Shown: positions 50,937 through 62,353 of the stretch, piece after piece
Layout: each line of letters opens with the position of its first letter
How positions within the stretch are numbered: position 1 is the stretch's first letter
Origin: Elusimicrobiota bacterium
GTDB taxonomy: Bacteria; Elusimicrobiota; Elusimicrobia; F11
Direction of reading: 5' to 3'
Length of the DNA: 64,000 bases
NCBI GenBank assembly: GCA_044221725.1
Contig: JBGAON010000001.1
Span: 768,001-832,000, forward strand
Program-made: the position numbers and the translations under genes
The notes under the pieces: generated by a model
Seen by the model: only the letters and a program-made list of their open reading frames with translations
Databases searched by the model: none
Told to the model about the DNA's origin: nothing

Positions 50937-52129
50937 AACGAGTGATGTCGCGTTATCAATTCGTCTCGAAAAAAGCGACCGAAGAGAAAAAGATAACGAA
51001 GTTTTTTTCGATTCAGTCGCTTATGCGCGCGCCCTACCCCGACACCGGGCTGCTGTTGTCGGTGTTCGGTCTGCTCGTGTTCGGCTGGGTGATGATCTAC
51101 TCATCGAGCGCGCTCTTCGCTGAAACGCGTTACCACGACCAATTTTATTTCGTCAAGCGGCAGATGATGTGGTCGGTGATCGGAATGGGCGGGTTCCTGA
51201 TGGCCGCGAACATTCCATTCCCATTTTGGCAGACGCACGTAAAAAAACTTTATGTTTGTGTTCTTGTGGCTCTCATTCTCGTGCTGGTGATCGGCCCCAA
51301 AATTTCGGGGGCGCGCCGTTGGATTCATTTTCCGGGTGGAAGTTTTCAGCCATCCGAAGCCGCAAAAGTAGTAATGGTGCTCATTGTGGCGGATTATTTG
51401 GATCGACGTCAGAGTCGCATCAAAGATTTTAAAAAGGGCCTGTTGCCGCTGCTTTTGATGGTGGGTTTCATGTTGGGCTTGATCCTCATTGAGCCCGACC
51501 TCGGCACGCCGATGCTCATGACGGGCGTGCTTTTCACGCTGCTAATGCTCGGTGGAGCGCGCTGGACGCATTTTTTTGCAATGGGAATCGCGATGTTGCC
51601 GGTGTTGGTCGTCGCCGTTTTCAAGGTTCGTTACCGATTGGAACGTCTGTTCGCTTACATGAATCCGTGGGGCGACGCAAAAGGAAAAGGCTACCAGTTG
51701 ATCCAATCATTGATCGCTATGGGGTCCGGCGGGTTTTTTGGGCGCGGGCTTGGCAATTCTCGGCTTAAGATTGCGAATTTGCCCGAATGTCACACCGATT
51801 TCATTTTTTCGATCCTCGGCGAGGAGCTTGGCCTTATTGGAACCCTCTTTTGCGCGGCGCTCTTTTTGTTTTTGTGCGTTCGCAGTTTAAAAATTGCCAA
51901 GCGCGCGCCCGATACGTTTTCGCGCCTTGTTGCGGCCGGTATTGGACTCACGATTGGTTACCAGGCGCTCATCAACATGGGCGTTGCTTGCGGTCTTTTT
52001 CCGACGAAAGGAATGCCGCTTCCGTTTTTATCGTTCGGCGGTTCGTCGCTAGTGATCACGCTTTTTTCGGTGGGTCTCCTCGCAAACGTTTCGCGGCGGG
52101 CGCAGATCCCGTTCGAAAAGGGACGTTGA
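50933..52129 (+). CDS. ftsW: SEDS peptidoglycan polymerase
   Basis: GARRWI, FQPSE, EPDLG, HTDFIF, LPFLSFGGSS; start uncertain (50933 or 50946). Confidence 0.94.
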   Translation: MKRVMSRYQFVSKKATEEKKITKFFSIQSLMRAPYPDTGLLLSVFGLLVFGWVMIYSSSALFAETRYHDQFYFVKRQMMWSVIGMGGFLMAANIPFPFWQTHVKKLYVCVLVALILVLVIGPKISGARRWIHFPGGSFQPSEAAKVVMVLIVADYLDRRQSRIKDFKKGLLPLLLMVGFMLGLILIEPDLGTPMLMTGVLFTLLMLGGARWTHFFAMGIAMLPVLVVAVFKVRYRLERLFAYMNPWGDAKGKGYQLIQSLIAMGSGGFFGRGLGNSRLKIANLPECHTDFIFSILGEELGLIGTLFCAALFLFLCVRSLKIAKRAPDTFSRLVAAGIGLTIGYQALINMGVACGLFPTKGMPLPFLSFGGSSLVITLFSVGLLANVSRRAQIPFEKGR

Positions 52130-53205
52130 TGCGCATTGCGATTGCCGCGGGCGGCACCGGCGGACATTTTTACCCAGGATTGGCGGTTGCCAAAGAATTG
52201 CAACGTTCGGGAGAGTCCTTCTTTTTCATCATCAAAAAAGGGGATTACGTGCGGCCACTTTTGGATCGCGAAAAAATTCCCTACCACCTGATTTCTGCGG
52301 CCGGCTTTCAGCGAAAGTTCAGTCCCAAAATCTTTGTTGGTGTCTTCAATCTTGTTGCCGGTTTTTTCCAATCAATAAAGATATTGCGTTCGGAAAAACC
52401 GGCGGCCTTGCTCGTCATGGGCGGTTATCTCTCGGCGCCACCGGCACTTGCGGCGCATCTATTGGGGATTCCGGTGGTTCTGCACGAACAGAATGTGATT
52501 CCCGGTTTGGCGAACCGCTTCATTCGGCATTTCGTTCGGAAGGTGGCCATTAGTTTTCCTGGCAGCGCGAAGTTTGACACGAAGGCGGTGTTGACCGGAA
52601 ATCCGATTCGGGCCGAATTTTCCAATCTCCCGACCAAGGCAGAGGCGCGAAAGAAGTGGGGACTCGAATTCGATAAATTTACTTTGCTCGTGTTTGGCGG
52701 CAGTCTCGGCGCACAAAAATTAAACAATCTCGTTTTGTCGGCGTTCGAACAGATGGATCCCGTAAATTTGCAGGTGATCCATATCGCGGGTCCACTCGAT
52801 GTTATTTCCGTGCGCGATAGGTACGAAAGACTGCCGTTCAAATCGTACGTGGATTCGTATTGTCACGATATGCCGGCCGCGTACGCCGCGTGCGACTGGG
52901 TTGTTTGCCGGGCTGGCGCTTCCACAATCTCGGAGCTTATGGTCGTCAAGAAACCGTCAATTTTGGTGCCGTACCCGCTCGCCACCGATGATCATCAGAC
53001 CGCGAACGCGCGAGTGTTAGCGGATGTTGGGGCGGCGCTCTTGCATCAACAGAAAGAACTTACCGTGGAAAATCTCAGAGATATTTTTGAAAAGTTGATT
53101 GCGGGAACGATGCGGATTGGTTCAGAAGGCTTTCAGCGATTGCCGATTGATCCGGCGCTCGCTTCGCAAAAGATTGCGGCGTTAATTCGAGAAGTAGCTG
53201 CTTAA
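52129..53205 (+). CDS. murG: Lipid II GlcNAc transferase
   Basis: GGTGGH, HEQN, GNP, GGSLGA, RAGASTISE, HQTAN. Confidence 0.96.
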   Translation: MRIAIAAGGTGGHFYPGLAVAKELQRSGESFFFIIKKGDYVRPLLDREKIPYHLISAAGFQRKFSPKIFVGVFNLVAGFFQSIKILRSEKPAALLVMGGYLSAPPALAAHLLGIPVVLHEQNVIPGLANRFIRHFVRKVAISFPGSAKFDTKAVLTGNPIRAEFSNLPTKAEARKKWGLEFDKFTLLVFGGSLGAQKLNNLVLSAFEQMDPVNLQVIHIAGPLDVISVRDRYERLPFKSYVDSYCHDMPAAYAACDWVVCRAGASTISELMVVKKPSILVPYPLATDDHQTANARVLADVGAALLHQQKELTVENLRDIFEKLIAGTMRIGSEGFQRLPIDPALASQKIAALIREVAA

Positions 53206-53838
53206 CCCCGCCGTGATCGCCTGCGCGATCTTTGTCTGATATTCATCGGTTGACAGTTTTTTCCCTTCGTTACGGTTGCTTAAAAAGCCGGTTTCCACAA
53301 GAATGCTCGGCATGGTCGTTTGATCCAGCACCGTGTAGCTGTCGCGCGTCAATTTTCTGTCCTGCGCTTTCAAATCTTTAATGAGCCGCCGGTGCACCGA
53401 TTCACCGAGCCGTTGAGAGGCCGGTGACTTATAAAAGGTTGTTATGCCGTGAATTTTCGTGCGCGGATCCCAATCGCAATGAATCGCGATAAATGCTTCG
53501 GCTTTGAGCTCGTTTGCGAGGATCGCGCGCGCGCGGTTGTCTTCGGTGACGCTCGACGCCTGGCGCCAATAGTCCGTTGGTGTTCGCGTGTAGATCACGC
53601 GGCCGCCCGCTTCCTCAATCCTCTTGCCGATCTTCTGGACGATATCGAACGTGAGTCTGTTCTCAACAAGTTTTCCGTTGCGGCTGATTTTCCCGGAATT
53701 GATGACGTGACCTCGATAATCGATCGTACCGTGGCCCGCATCGAGCACGATCAGATGACCTGCGAGTGGCGAATCCGAAAACGCGGACGGTGCGGCGACG
53801 CCCAGAACCAGGAGACTTAAGAGAAGTCGGCGCATCAA
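53182..53838 (-). CDS. Secreted N-acetylmuramoyl-L-alanine amidase (Amidase_3)
   Basis: Signal peptide; LDAGHG, E, IHCD, LVETGFLSN zinc motifs. Confidence 0.9.
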   Translation of the reverse strand: MMRRLLLSLLVLGVAAPSAFSDSPLAGHLIVLDAGHGTIDYRGHVINSGKISRNGKLVENRLTFDIVQKIGKRIEEAGGRVIYTRTPTDYWRQASSVTEDNRARAILANELKAEAFIAIHCDWDPRTKIHGITTFYKSPASQRLGESVHRRLIKDLKAQDRKLTRDSYTVLDQTTMPSILVETGFLSNRNEGKKLSTDEYQTKIAQAITAGLSSYFSN

Positions 53839-54899
53839 CTCTTGTTGAGGTGATCGATCAGTTGGCGCAGCCGCCCGTTGTTGGTGCGGTTGAACGGAAA
53901 CACAAGCCGCGGAAGGTGTTTCAATTCCGGCTGGTTCGCTTCTTCGTCGAGAGGACCGCTGGTGATGAATTCACCCTTGTTAACGATGTCTTTGAACTTC
54001 GCGTTGATCACTTTCAGCTGACCTTTGTCGATGGGCCGTTTCGTGCGCATCACGAGGTTATCACCGACGTAACGCATGGAGTGGTAATTCGAATAGAACC
54101 GGAAGATTTCGGTGGCCGCTTCTTCTACAGAGTCGGTGATCTTGAAGAGGCTCAAATCTTCCTTCGAAATCTTTCCTTTCTTAAGCATGCTAGTGAGGAT
54201 GAACTTGTTCAAATCCTTCCAATAGGTCTGTTTCGGCGCATCGACAAATACAACCGGAATCGGGTCGCACTTGCCGGTTTGAACCAACGTGAGAATTTCA
54301 AATGCCTCGTCCAATGTCCCAAAACCGCCCGGGAAAAACGCGGCGCCCGCCGCTTCTTTGACGAACACAAGTTTCCGTGTGAAGAAGTACCGGCAGTCGA
54401 TGTAGGTGGGTTGGTCTGCAATAAATGGATTCGCGTGTTGCTCGTATGGCAGCCGAATATTCACGCCAAAGCTTCCGCTGGGGCCGGCGCCGGCGTTTCC
54501 GGCTTCCATTATGCCAGGCCCCGCGCCCGTGATGATCATGTAACCGTTATCGATGAGTTTTTTCGCGAATATTTTGGTCATCTGGTACGATGCGTCCGAC
54601 GACGGCGTGCGCGCCGATCCGAAAATACTGACCTTTCGAACGTTGCGGTATTGCTGGAAAATTTTAAACGCGTAGCGGAGTTCGCGTATCGCGCGACTGA
54701 GAAGTTTGAGATCGCCGCGGCCAATGCGCGCTTCGACGCCTTTGAGCGCCGTCACAATCATCTCGCTAACAACATCAGCATTTTGGAACGGTTGTCCGAC
54801 GGGTTCGATCTTTTTGATGATTTCTTGGATTGATTTTTGGACGTGAGGACTCCACGGCCCGGTGGAATTCTGATGATTCGTTTTTGTTGAGGATTTCAT
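53835..54899 (-). CDS. LOG family nucleotide phosphoribohydrolase
   Basis: FGSART, TGAGPGIM, FFTRK, PGGFGTLDE; start ATG at 54899. Confidence 0.9.
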   Translation of the reverse strand: MKSSTKTNHQNSTGPWSPHVQKSIQEIIKKIEPVGQPFQNADVVSEMIVTALKGVEARIGRGDLKLLSRAIRELRYAFKIFQQYRNVRKVSIFGSARTPSSDASYQMTKIFAKKLIDNGYMIITGAGPGIMEAGNAGAGPSGSFGVNIRLPYEQHANPFIADQPTYIDCRYFFTRKLVFVKEAAGAAFFPGGFGTLDEAFEILTLVQTGKCDPIPVVFVDAPKQTYWKDLNKFILTSMLKKGKISKEDLSLFKITDSVEEAATEIFRFYSNYHSMRYVGDNLVMRTKRPIDKGQLKVINAKFKDIVNKGEFITSGPLDEEANQPELKHLPRLVFPFNRTNNGRLRQLIDHLNKS

Positions 54900-55007
54900 G
54901 TCGATGGTTCCTTTATTTTGCTTCCTTATTCTTACTTGGAGTTTAGTCCCATCCCGCGGACGAATCAATGCCAATTTTCGTGCCGATTCGGTTAATATTC
55001 AATTCCC

Positions 55008-57005
55008 ATGAGCAGATTTGAAGTTGTTTCTGATTTTAAACCGGCCGGCGATCAAATCCAAGCGATCAAAGATCTGACGGCGGCGCTCTCCGCCGGGAAA
55101 CCACACAATGTTTTGCTTGGCGTCACCGGATCCGGCAAAACGTTTACGATGGCGAACGTGATTGCGAACCTCGGAAAACCAACGCTCGTGATGTCACCGA
55201 ACAAAATCCTTGCGGCGCAGTTGTACGCAGAGTTTAAGTCGTTCTTTCCGAAGAACGCGGTCGAATATTTCATCTCCTATTATGATTATTACCAGCCCGA
55301 AGCCTATGTCCCGCAGTCGGACACGTTTATCGAAAAAGACGCGAGCATCAACGAACACATCGACCGGTTGCGGCTGAAAGCGACATCGAGTCTTATGGAA
55401 CGCGAAGACGTCATTATCGTCGCGAGCGTGTCATGCATCTACGGTTTGGGGTCGCCTTCCGAATACAAACGGCTCGGCGTTTTCCTGGAAGCGGGGAAAC
55501 CCAAGTCCAACCGCCAACTGCTCGATGATTTGATCGCGATCAACTACGAGCGCAACGAAATGGAATTTCGGCCCGGCAAGTTCCGTGTGCGCGGCGATAC
55601 GGTGGAGATTTTCCCGGCGTATCTCGACACGGCGCTTCGCGTCGAATTTTTCGGCGACGAAGTGGAGAAAATTCGGGAAATCCACCCGGTCACCGGCAAA
55701 GTGCTCGTTGATAAAGACAAGGCTTATATTTATCCGGCCAAACACTTTGTGACCACGCGGCCGACGATTGACCGTGCCCTGAAGGAAATCGAGAGAGAAC
55801 TCGCCGAACAGCTAGCGTTCTTTAAATCCAAGGGAAAATTGTTGGAGGCCCAGCGGCTTGAGCAGCGCACGCGTTACGATATGGAAATGTTGCGCGAACT
55901 TGGTTTCTGCCATGGGATTGAAAACTATTCGCGTCCGCTGTCGGGACGAAAACCGGGAGAACGCCCGGACTGTTTGCTCGATTACTTTCCGGAAGATTTT
56001 CTCACGGTGATCGATGAGTCCCACGTGACGCTGCCGCAAATTCGCGGCATGTACGAAGGCGACCGTTCGCGCAAGCAAACGTTGGTGGATTTCGGGTTCC
56101 GGCTTCCGTGCGCGCTCGACAATCGACCGCTCAAGTTCAACGAGTTCGATGCCATGGTTCGGCAGGCCGTGTATGTGTCGGCGACACCCGGCCCGATCGA
56201 ATTGGAAAAGGCAAAGGGGGAGATTGTCGAGCAGGTGATTCGGCCAACGGGGCTTGTGGATCCTGGTATCACCATTCGTCCAACGATCGGCCAAATTCCG
56301 GATCTCATGGAACGCATCAAGCAACACACGGCGAAAGGCGGCCGCGTGTTAATCACGACGCTCACAAAAAAAATGGCCGAGGATTTGACCGATTATCTCA
56401 CCGAACAGGATTTCAAAGTCCGTTACATGCATTCCGACATCGACGCGCTTGAACGCATCGAGATCATTCAATCGTTGCGCAAAGGGACGTTCGACGTTCT
56501 GGTCGGAATCAATCTGTTGCGAGAAGGATTGGATTTGCCCGAGGTCTCGTTGGTCGCTGTCCTCGATGCCGATAAAGAAGGTTTTCTGCGCTCGGAAACA
56601 ACGCTGATCCAAGTGTGCGGGCGCGCCGCGCGAAACGTAAACGGGGAAGTTATTCTCTACGCGGACGTGATGACGGGTTCCATGAAACGAGCGCTCGATG
56701 AAATGTCGCGTCGCCGCGAGAAGCAGTTGGCGTACAATGCCGAACACAAAATATTGCCCAAGTCCGTTGTAAAGGCGGTGCAAGATCTCGAGGAGTTTCA
56801 GGTAAAAGCGCGAGAGGATGGAATTCGAGAGGCGTATTCGCGCGAAGCGCTGAACATTACCGATAAGAAAAGTTTGAACGGGGCCCTGAAAGAATTGGAA
56901 GCGCAAATGCGGTCCGCAGCGGACGTGCTCGACTTTGAACTGGCCGCGATTCTCCGGGACCGGATTCGCGATTTGAAGCAGATGGAAGTAAAAGGAAAGG
57001 CCTAA
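55008..57005 (+). CDS. uvrB: Excinuclease ABC subunit B
   Basis: [29 protein letters not shown]-terminal UVR domain. Confidence 0.98.
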   Translation: MSRFEVVSDFKPAGDQIQAIKDLTAALSAGKPHNVLLGVTGSGKTFTMANVIANLGKPTLVMSPNKILAAQLYAEFKSFFPKNAVEYFISYYDYYQPEAYVPQSDTFIEKDASINEHIDRLRLKATSSLMEREDVIIVASVSCIYGLGSPSEYKRLGVFLEAGKPKSNRQLLDDLIAINYERNEMEFRPGKFRVRGDTVEIFPAYLDTALRVEFFGDEVEKIREIHPVTGKVLVDKDKAYIYPAKHFVTTRPTIDRALKEIERELAEQLAFFKSKGKLLEAQRLEQRTRYDMEMLRELGFCHGIENYSRPLSGRKPGERPDCLLDYFPEDFLTVIDESHVTLPQIRGMYEGDRSRKQTLVDFGFRLPCALDNRPLKFNEFDAMVRQAVYVSATPGPIELEKAKGEIVEQVIRPTGLVDPGITIRPTIGQIPDLMERIKQHTAKGGRVLITTLTKKMAEDLTDYLTEQDFKVRYMHSDIDALERIEIIQSLRKGTFDVLVGINLLREGLDLPEVSLVAVLDADKEGFLRSETTLIQVCGRAARNVNGEVILYADVMTGSMKRALDEMSRRREKQLAYNAEHKILPKSVVKAVQDLEEFQVKAREDGIREAYSREALNITDKKSLNGALKELEAQMRSAADVLDFELAAILRDRIRDLKQMEVKGKA

Positions 57006-58198
57006 AGTTTTTTCGCGCGCGGATTTTCGCGCGGAAGATCAATCACCATTGGCGTTCCGTCGACTGGAACGGAGTCTGGTGACGGCGTTGGTGGCGCACC
57101 ACCGGCAGCGCCTTCTCTGCCATTCCACACACCACGATCAACGCCGCGAAGTTTGAGTGCCAAATCTTCGAGGTTTGTTGCGTGATTGAGCGCTTCTTGC
57201 GTGCTGATCAAATTCTGCGCGTGCAAATGTTCGAGATCTTGATCGAATGTGTGCATGCCGTAGTAGGTGTCTTGGGACAACAGCCGCAGCACTTCTTCGG
57301 TGCGCCCTTCTGCCAGCAATCTTTTCATGAACGTCGTTCCGATCAGAATTTCGGTCGCCGGATATCGGTGGCTGCCATCGGTTGAACGAACCAGTCGCTG
57401 TGCCACCACTCCGGACACGACACCCGCGACTTGCTGGCGAACGCTGTTTTGTTCGTGCGGCGGAAACGCATCGACGATACGGTTTACTGCGTGCACCGCA
57501 TCAATTGTGTGAATCGTCGACAATACCAGATGGCCGGATTCCGCAGCCGAAATCGCGGCCGACATTGTTTCCAAATCCCGCATTTCGCCGATAGCGATGA
57601 CGTCCGGGCTCTGGCGCAACACATTTTTCAGCGCCGCTTTAAAAGACGCGGTGTCGTGGCCGACCTCGCGTTGCGAAACCGAGGACTTAATGTCCGTGTG
57701 GATGTACTCAATCGGATCCTCGATCGTGATAATGTTGTAGGTGTAGTTGGCATTGAGAAAATTGATGATCGCGTTCATGGTGGTCGTTTTGCCAGCGCCG
57801 GTGACGCCCGCGAACAAGATCAAGCCGCGGCCCTGCGCGACCAGCTTTTTGAGGGTCTGAGTGGGAAGGTGCAAATCTTCGAAGGTTTTTAGCGTCAACG
57901 GAATTGTGCGTAGGGCGACAGCCACCGTTCCTTTTTGACGGTAAAGATTAACGCGGAAACGGCTAACTCCGTCGACGGTGCAAGCAACGTCCAATTCGTG
58001 GCGTTCGGCAAAATCTTTTTGTTGCTGGGGGGTTAGCAAGCTTTTCGAAATTTCTTCGGTTTGTGCGGCGGTGAGGGGTTCGAGGTTTGTTTGTACCAAT
58101 TGTCCATTTACGCGAATGAGGGGACACGACCCAGGCTTGAAAAGGATGTCTGAAATTCCATCTCTCAGCATCAACTCTATGAGGCGCTTGTATTCCAT
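57002..58198 (-). CDS. PilT/PilU-family type IV pilus retraction ATPase
   Basis: [42 protein letters not shown]. Confidence 0.9.
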   Translation of the reverse strand: MEYKRLIELMLRDGISDILFKPGSCPLIRVNGQLVQTNLEPLTAAQTEEISKSLLTPQQQKDFAERHELDVACTVDGVSRFRVNLYRQKGTVAVALRTIPLTLKTFEDLHLPTQTLKKLVAQGRGLILFAGVTGAGKTTTMNAIINFLNANYTYNIITIEDPIEYIHTDIKSSVSQREVGHDTASFKAALKNVLRQSPDVIAIGEMRDLETMSAAISAAESGHLVLSTIHTIDAVHAVNRIVDAFPPHEQNSVRQQVAGVVSGVVAQRLVRSTDGSHRYPATEILIGTTFMKRLLAEGRTEEVLRLLSQDTYYGMHTFDQDLEHLHAQNLISTQEALNHATNLEDLALKLRGVDRGVWNGREGAAGGAPPTPSPDSVPVDGTPMVIDLPRENPRAKKL

Positions 58199-58319
58199 AA
58201 AACCCCTCTTAAAACGACGTGAAAATCACCCTTAAAACGTAACGAAATGGCCGGGCTTTGCAAGGCTTTTTTGCTTCTTTTCGATGGAGTAAAGGAACGC
58301 CGCTAGAACGCGGGTGGGA

Positions 58320-59537
58320 TTACCAGGAGGGCAGCAGAATCGGCTCTGTCTGGTTTTCGCGGGGAGCGTACTTCGTCATGATTGGCACGATTTTGTCCAG
58401 ACTGCGGTGCAGCGCTTCAACGACCTTTGGATCGAAATGTTTCCCCGATCCATCGTCGATAATCTTCAGCGTATCCTCGAGAGAAAAAGACGGTTTGTAG
58501 ACCCGTTTGCTGGTGAGCGCATCGAATACGTCGGCTATTGTCGCGATCCGAGCCTCGATCGGAATTTCCTCGCCGCGGAGCGCGCGAGGGTAGCCGGTGC
58601 CATCCCATTTTTCATGATGGCAAAGCGCAACCGTGGCCGACATTTGCATCAGTTCATTTTCGGCGTCTTTCAAAATTTCGAATCCGTGTTGCGGGTGCTT
58701 CTTCATTTCCACCCATTCTTCGTCGTTCAGTTTGCCGGGTTTGTTCAAGATTGCGTCGGGCACGCCGATTTTTCCGATATCGTGCATTGGTGCCGCCAGG
58801 CGGAGATTTTCGGCCCAATCGGTGTCGAACCCCATCTCGCGCGCGATAATGCCGGAGTACTGGCTCATTCTCCACAAATGCGCGCGCGTGTCGTGATCCT
58901 TGAACTCGACGGCGGCCGCGAGACGAATAATGGTTTCCTGCGTGGCCTTTCGAATTTCTTGGTAAAGCTGCGCGTTTTCAATGTGACCGGCCGCTTGGTC
59001 GGACAAAAGGGTAAGGATTTCTTCGTCTTGCTTGTCGAAGAAGTTTCGCTCCTTATTATTAAGGACCTGGAACACGCCGATCACCATGTTCTTTGCGTTG
59101 AGCATCGGTGCCGTTAACATGGAGCGGGTTCGGTAACCGGTTTTTTTGTCGACGTCGGGATTGAATCGCTGGTCTTTGTAGACGTCTTTGATGTTCAGCA
59201 TTTGCCCCGTGATGGCGACGGCACCGGCGATACCTTTGCCGAGAGGAATTCGAATCGTTTCGGTGCCCGAGGCGACCTTCGACCACAATTCATTTTTCTT
59301 TCGGTCGACGACGAACACCGTTGCGCGCTCGGCGTTCAAAACGACTTTGGATTCGTCAACGAGAAGTTGTAACAGGTCGTCAAAATTTGTGGTGGTGGAA
59401 GCTTTTTTTGCGAACTTCAGCAGTGCATTGAGGCGGCGGCGCCATTTCGATAAGCGTTCGAGCTGAGCCTTGTAGTTTTCGGTGGAACGAGATGAATTCC
59501 CGCGTCGAACGGGTTTCTTCTTCTTGTTCGTGGTCAT
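58320..59537 (-). CDS. GAF plus HD-GYP cyclic dinucleotide phosphodiesterase
   Basis: GAF (DQRFNPDVDKKTGY), HDIGK, HHEKWDGTGYP, ADVFDAL, RVYK; start probably ATG 59537. Confidence 0.92.
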   Translation of the reverse strand: MTTNKKKKPVRRGNSSRSTENYKAQLERLSKWRRRLNALLKFAKKASTTTNFDDLLQLLVDESKVVLNAERATVFVVDRKKNELWSKVASGTETIRIPLGKGIAGAVAITGQMLNIKDVYKDQRFNPDVDKKTGYRTRSMLTAPMLNAKNMVIGVFQVLNNKERNFFDKQDEEILTLLSDQAAGHIENAQLYQEIRKATQETIIRLAAAVEFKDHDTRAHLWRMSQYSGIIAREMGFDTDWAENLRLAAPMHDIGKIGVPDAILNKPGKLNDEEWVEMKKHPQHGFEILKDAENELMQMSATVALCHHEKWDGTGYPRALRGEEIPIEARIATIADVFDALTSKRVYKPSFSLEDTLKIIDDGSGKHFDPKVVEALHRSLDKIVPIMTKYAPRENQTEPILLPSW

Positions 59538-59667
59538 TGGTGCGGAAGTGTAACTAATTTTCGCGATGTTTTCATAAGCGCTAAGTCCAAATGTAGACGG
59601 TGACGCCATCGTGTGCCAGCGGTTTCCGAAAAAAACGCTTCGTGTTTGCTACTCTTAACGACAATCC

Positions 59668-60546
59668 ATGGAATTTCTCAATCTCAAGCGCCGCCTCGAT
59701 CAGGCACTTAAAGAAGACGCAGCTTCCACCGATGTCACCACGCTCGCCATTCCCGGGATTAAATCGATTCGTCGAAAGGCCATTCTTTTGGCAAAAGAGT
59801 CCGGCGTTTTTTGTGGTGGATTTCTCGTGCCCCATATTTTCCAATCGCGAGACAAAAAGGCGCGTGCTCGCTTCCTGAAAAAAGATGGAGCGTCGGTAAG
59901 GAAAGGCGAGAAAGTTCTTGCGATTGAATGCGGTGCCGCGACCCTTCTCAGCGGTGAGCGCTTATTTCTAAATCTCGTTTGTCACCTGAGTGGCATCGCG
60001 TCCCAAACGTATCGCTATGTGCAAGCCGTGCGCGGAACGTCGGCGAAAATTTTGGAGACCCGAAAAACAACGCCGCTGTGGCGGGATCTCGAAAAATACG
60101 CGGTGCGCTGCGGTGGCGGCGAGAATCATCGGTTCTCGTTGGGCGATGCGATTCTTGTGAAAGATAACCACTTGCAGCTTTTGCGCGAACGCGGACTCTC
60201 TGTTAAAGATGTTTATTCTCGACGAAAAGAACAGTTCTTAAAACGCAAGAACTTGAAATTCCTTGAGGTTGAAGCAACGACGATCCCCGAGGTTTGGGAT
60301 GCCATTAAGGCTCGGCCCGACATCATTTTGTTGGACAACATGCCGTTAAATCGTTTAAAAGCAGCTATTGTCCTCATCAAGGCGGCCCGCGAGGCGCTCA
60401 ATTCACCAAAGCCCGCTATTGAAGTTTCTGGCGGTATCACGCTCGCGACCGCACGCACATACGCCACATTGGGTGTGGACCGAATTTCGGTTGGCGCCCT
60501 TACGCACTCAGCAAAAGCATTGGATTTTTCATTGGAGGTCATTTAA
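59668..60546 (+). CDS. nadC: Quinolinate phosphoribosyltransferase
   Basis: TRKTTP, HRFSL, KDNH, LLDNM, SGGI, SVGALTHS. Confidence 0.95.
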   Translation: MEFLNLKRRLDQALKEDAASTDVTTLAIPGIKSIRRKAILLAKESGVFCGGFLVPHIFQSRDKKARARFLKKDGASVRKGEKVLAIECGAATLLSGERLFLNLVCHLSGIASQTYRYVQAVRGTSAKILETRKTTPLWRDLEKYAVRCGGGENHRFSLGDAILVKDNHLQLLRERGLSVKDVYSRRKEQFLKRKNLKFLEVEATTIPEVWDAIKARPDIILLDNMPLNRLKAAIVLIKAAREALNSPKPAIEVSGGITLATARTYATLGVDRISVGALTHSAKALDFSLEVI

Positions 60547-61328
60547 TGGGAGTTTCCGAGCTTTACCAAGTTATCGGCCGGTTGCAGGCGGATTTGCCGT
60601 GGCTCACCGTCGCCAAATTTTTCGACAAAGTTGACTCCACGCAAAACCGTGTTCTGCAGTTTCTTCCAAAAGAGGGTGAAGGGACCGTTCTTATTCTTGC
60701 GGAAACGCAGAGCAAAGGCGTCGGCCGTCAGGGGCGCACGTGGCATTCCCCGACGGGTGGTCTGTGGTTCTCATTGGCGTTACCGCTCAAATCCATGCCT
60801 CTCAACCAGGTGGCTCCTTTTTCGATGGTAGCCGCGCTGCAAATTGCGACCGCCCTCAAAGAGGTCAACGCGCTCGAATGCAACATCAAATGGCCGAACG
60901 ATATTCTCTATCAAGGGAAAAAAGTGGCCGGACTTTTGCTGAATACGACCACCAAGTTTCGCAAACCATGGCTCGTCATCGGTGTCGGAATTAACGTGAA
61001 CAACGAAATTCCTTCTGAAATTTCGAAAATTGCGACATCTATCGCCGCGATCCGGAAGCAATCGCAGGGTCGCTCCCGACTGTTGGAATCTGTTTTGTCC
61101 GCCATTCACACAGCCTGGGCAGAATTCGATCGCACGGGGTTTGGTCCGTACCAAAAAGCCGTCGAAGCCCGGCTTGTCGGCGTCGGAAAACCGGTGCAAA
61201 TCAAAGTGGGCTCGAAGACCGTTCAGGGAACGATGAAGGCCGTTGACCCTCAAGGAAACCTTCTGTTAGACTCCGCAGGCGGTCCCAAAACCGTGCAGGC
61301 TGGCGAAATCGTCGGACAACCCGCCTAA
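60546..61328 (+). CDS. birA: Biotin-protein ligase (no HTH domain)
   Basis: DSTQ, GVGRQGRTW, KWPNDI, KVAG, GVGINV. Confidence 0.92.
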   Translation: MGVSELYQVIGRLQADLPWLTVAKFFDKVDSTQNRVLQFLPKEGEGTVLILAETQSKGVGRQGRTWHSPTGGLWFSLALPLKSMPLNQVAPFSMVAALQIATALKEVNALECNIKWPNDILYQGKKVAGLLLNTTTKFRKPWLVIGVGINVNNEIPSEISKIATSIAAIRKQSQGRSRLLESVLSAIHTAWAEFDRTGFGPYQKAVEARLVGVGKPVQIKVGSKTVQGTMKAVDPQGNLLLDSAGGPKTVQAGEIVGQPA

Positions 61329-61357
61329 CCTCGCCAATCACACAAGAGAGAGTTTAA

Positions 61358-62350
61358 TTGGCGCAAGTGACGTCGTCCCACAACATTGGACTTGGATTAT
61401 TGGACCGTATCGGCAACACGCCGTTGTTGCGGCTCGAGAGGTTTAATCACTGGCTCGGCGATCACGGTTCGCAGATTCTCGGAAAAGCGGAGTTTTGCAA
61501 CCCGGGGGGATCCGTCAAAGATCGAGCGGCACGCCACATGATTTTGGGCGCCATCCGATCGGGCGAGCTGACCAAAGACAAAATAATTTTGGATTCGAGC
61601 AGTGGAAACACCGGCATCGCTTACGCGATGATCGGTACGGCGCTCGGCTATCACGTTGAACTCTGCATTCCTGAAAATGCCGAAACCAAAGCGCGCATCA
61701 GCGAAGCGTTTGGCGCGAAGGTGATTTACACGGATCCGCTGGAGGGCTCCGACGGTGCGATCGTGAAAGCTCAAGAACTTTTCCACAAAAACCCGGGTCG
61801 TTATTACATGCCCGACCAGTACAACAACCCGAACAATTGGAAAGCGCATTACGACACAACCGCCGAAGAAATTTGGAAGCAAACCGAAGGCCGCATCACG
61901 CACTTTGTGGCCGGTATCGGAACCTCCGGAACATTGATGGGCACCGGCCGCCGGTTGAAGGAACTGAACCCGAAAATTGAAATTGTGGCCGTGGAACCCT
62001 CGAACCCGCTTCATGGTTTAGAAGGATTGAAACACATGGCGTCGTCGATCGTGCCGGGAATTTACGACCCGAAGGTGCACGACAAAAAAGTCAGCGTTCA
62101 TACCGAAGATGCGTACGAAATGTGCTGCCGTTTGGCGCGCGAAGAAGGGGTTCTTGTTGGTTTTTCGTCGGGTGCGGCGCTTCAAGGCGCATTTGAAACA
62201 GCCCTTGGGAAAAAAGATGCGGTGGTTGTCACTGTGTTTTGCGATGCGGGTGAGCGCTACATGAACTCGCGGTTCTGGGAAGAGATGGTCAACTATTTTG
62301 AGAAATATTGGAAAACGCACGATCAGCTGAAGCCCGCGCGCGCTCACTAG
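61358..62350 (+). CDS. cysM: PLP-dependent cysteine synthase (CysM-like)
   Basis: IGNTPL, NPGGSVKDR, SSGNTG, GTSGT. Confidence 0.85.
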   Translation: MAQVTSSHNIGLGLLDRIGNTPLLRLERFNHWLGDHGSQILGKAEFCNPGGSVKDRAARHMILGAIRSGELTKDKIILDSSSGNTGIAYAMIGTALGYHVELCIPENAETKARISEAFGAKVIYTDPLEGSDGAIVKAQELFHKNPGRYYMPDQYNNPNNWKAHYDTTAEEIWKQTEGRITHFVAGIGTSGTLMGTGRRLKELNPKIEIVAVEPSNPLHGLEGLKHMASSIVPGIYDPKVHDKKVSVHTEDAYEMCCRLAREEGVLVGFSSGAALQGAFETALGKKDAVVVTVFCDAGERYMNSRFWEEMVNYFEKYWKTHDQLKPARAH

Positions 62351-62353
62351 ACG

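Noticed and set aside
53766..54833. 355-aa plus-strand ORF
   Set aside because: Antisense to the LOG gene, which carries the recognisable motifs.
58248..58262. Sigma54-like TGGC...TTGC motif
   Set aside because: GG-to-GC spacing is 9 rather than 10, and it is on the wrong strand for the pilT-like gene.
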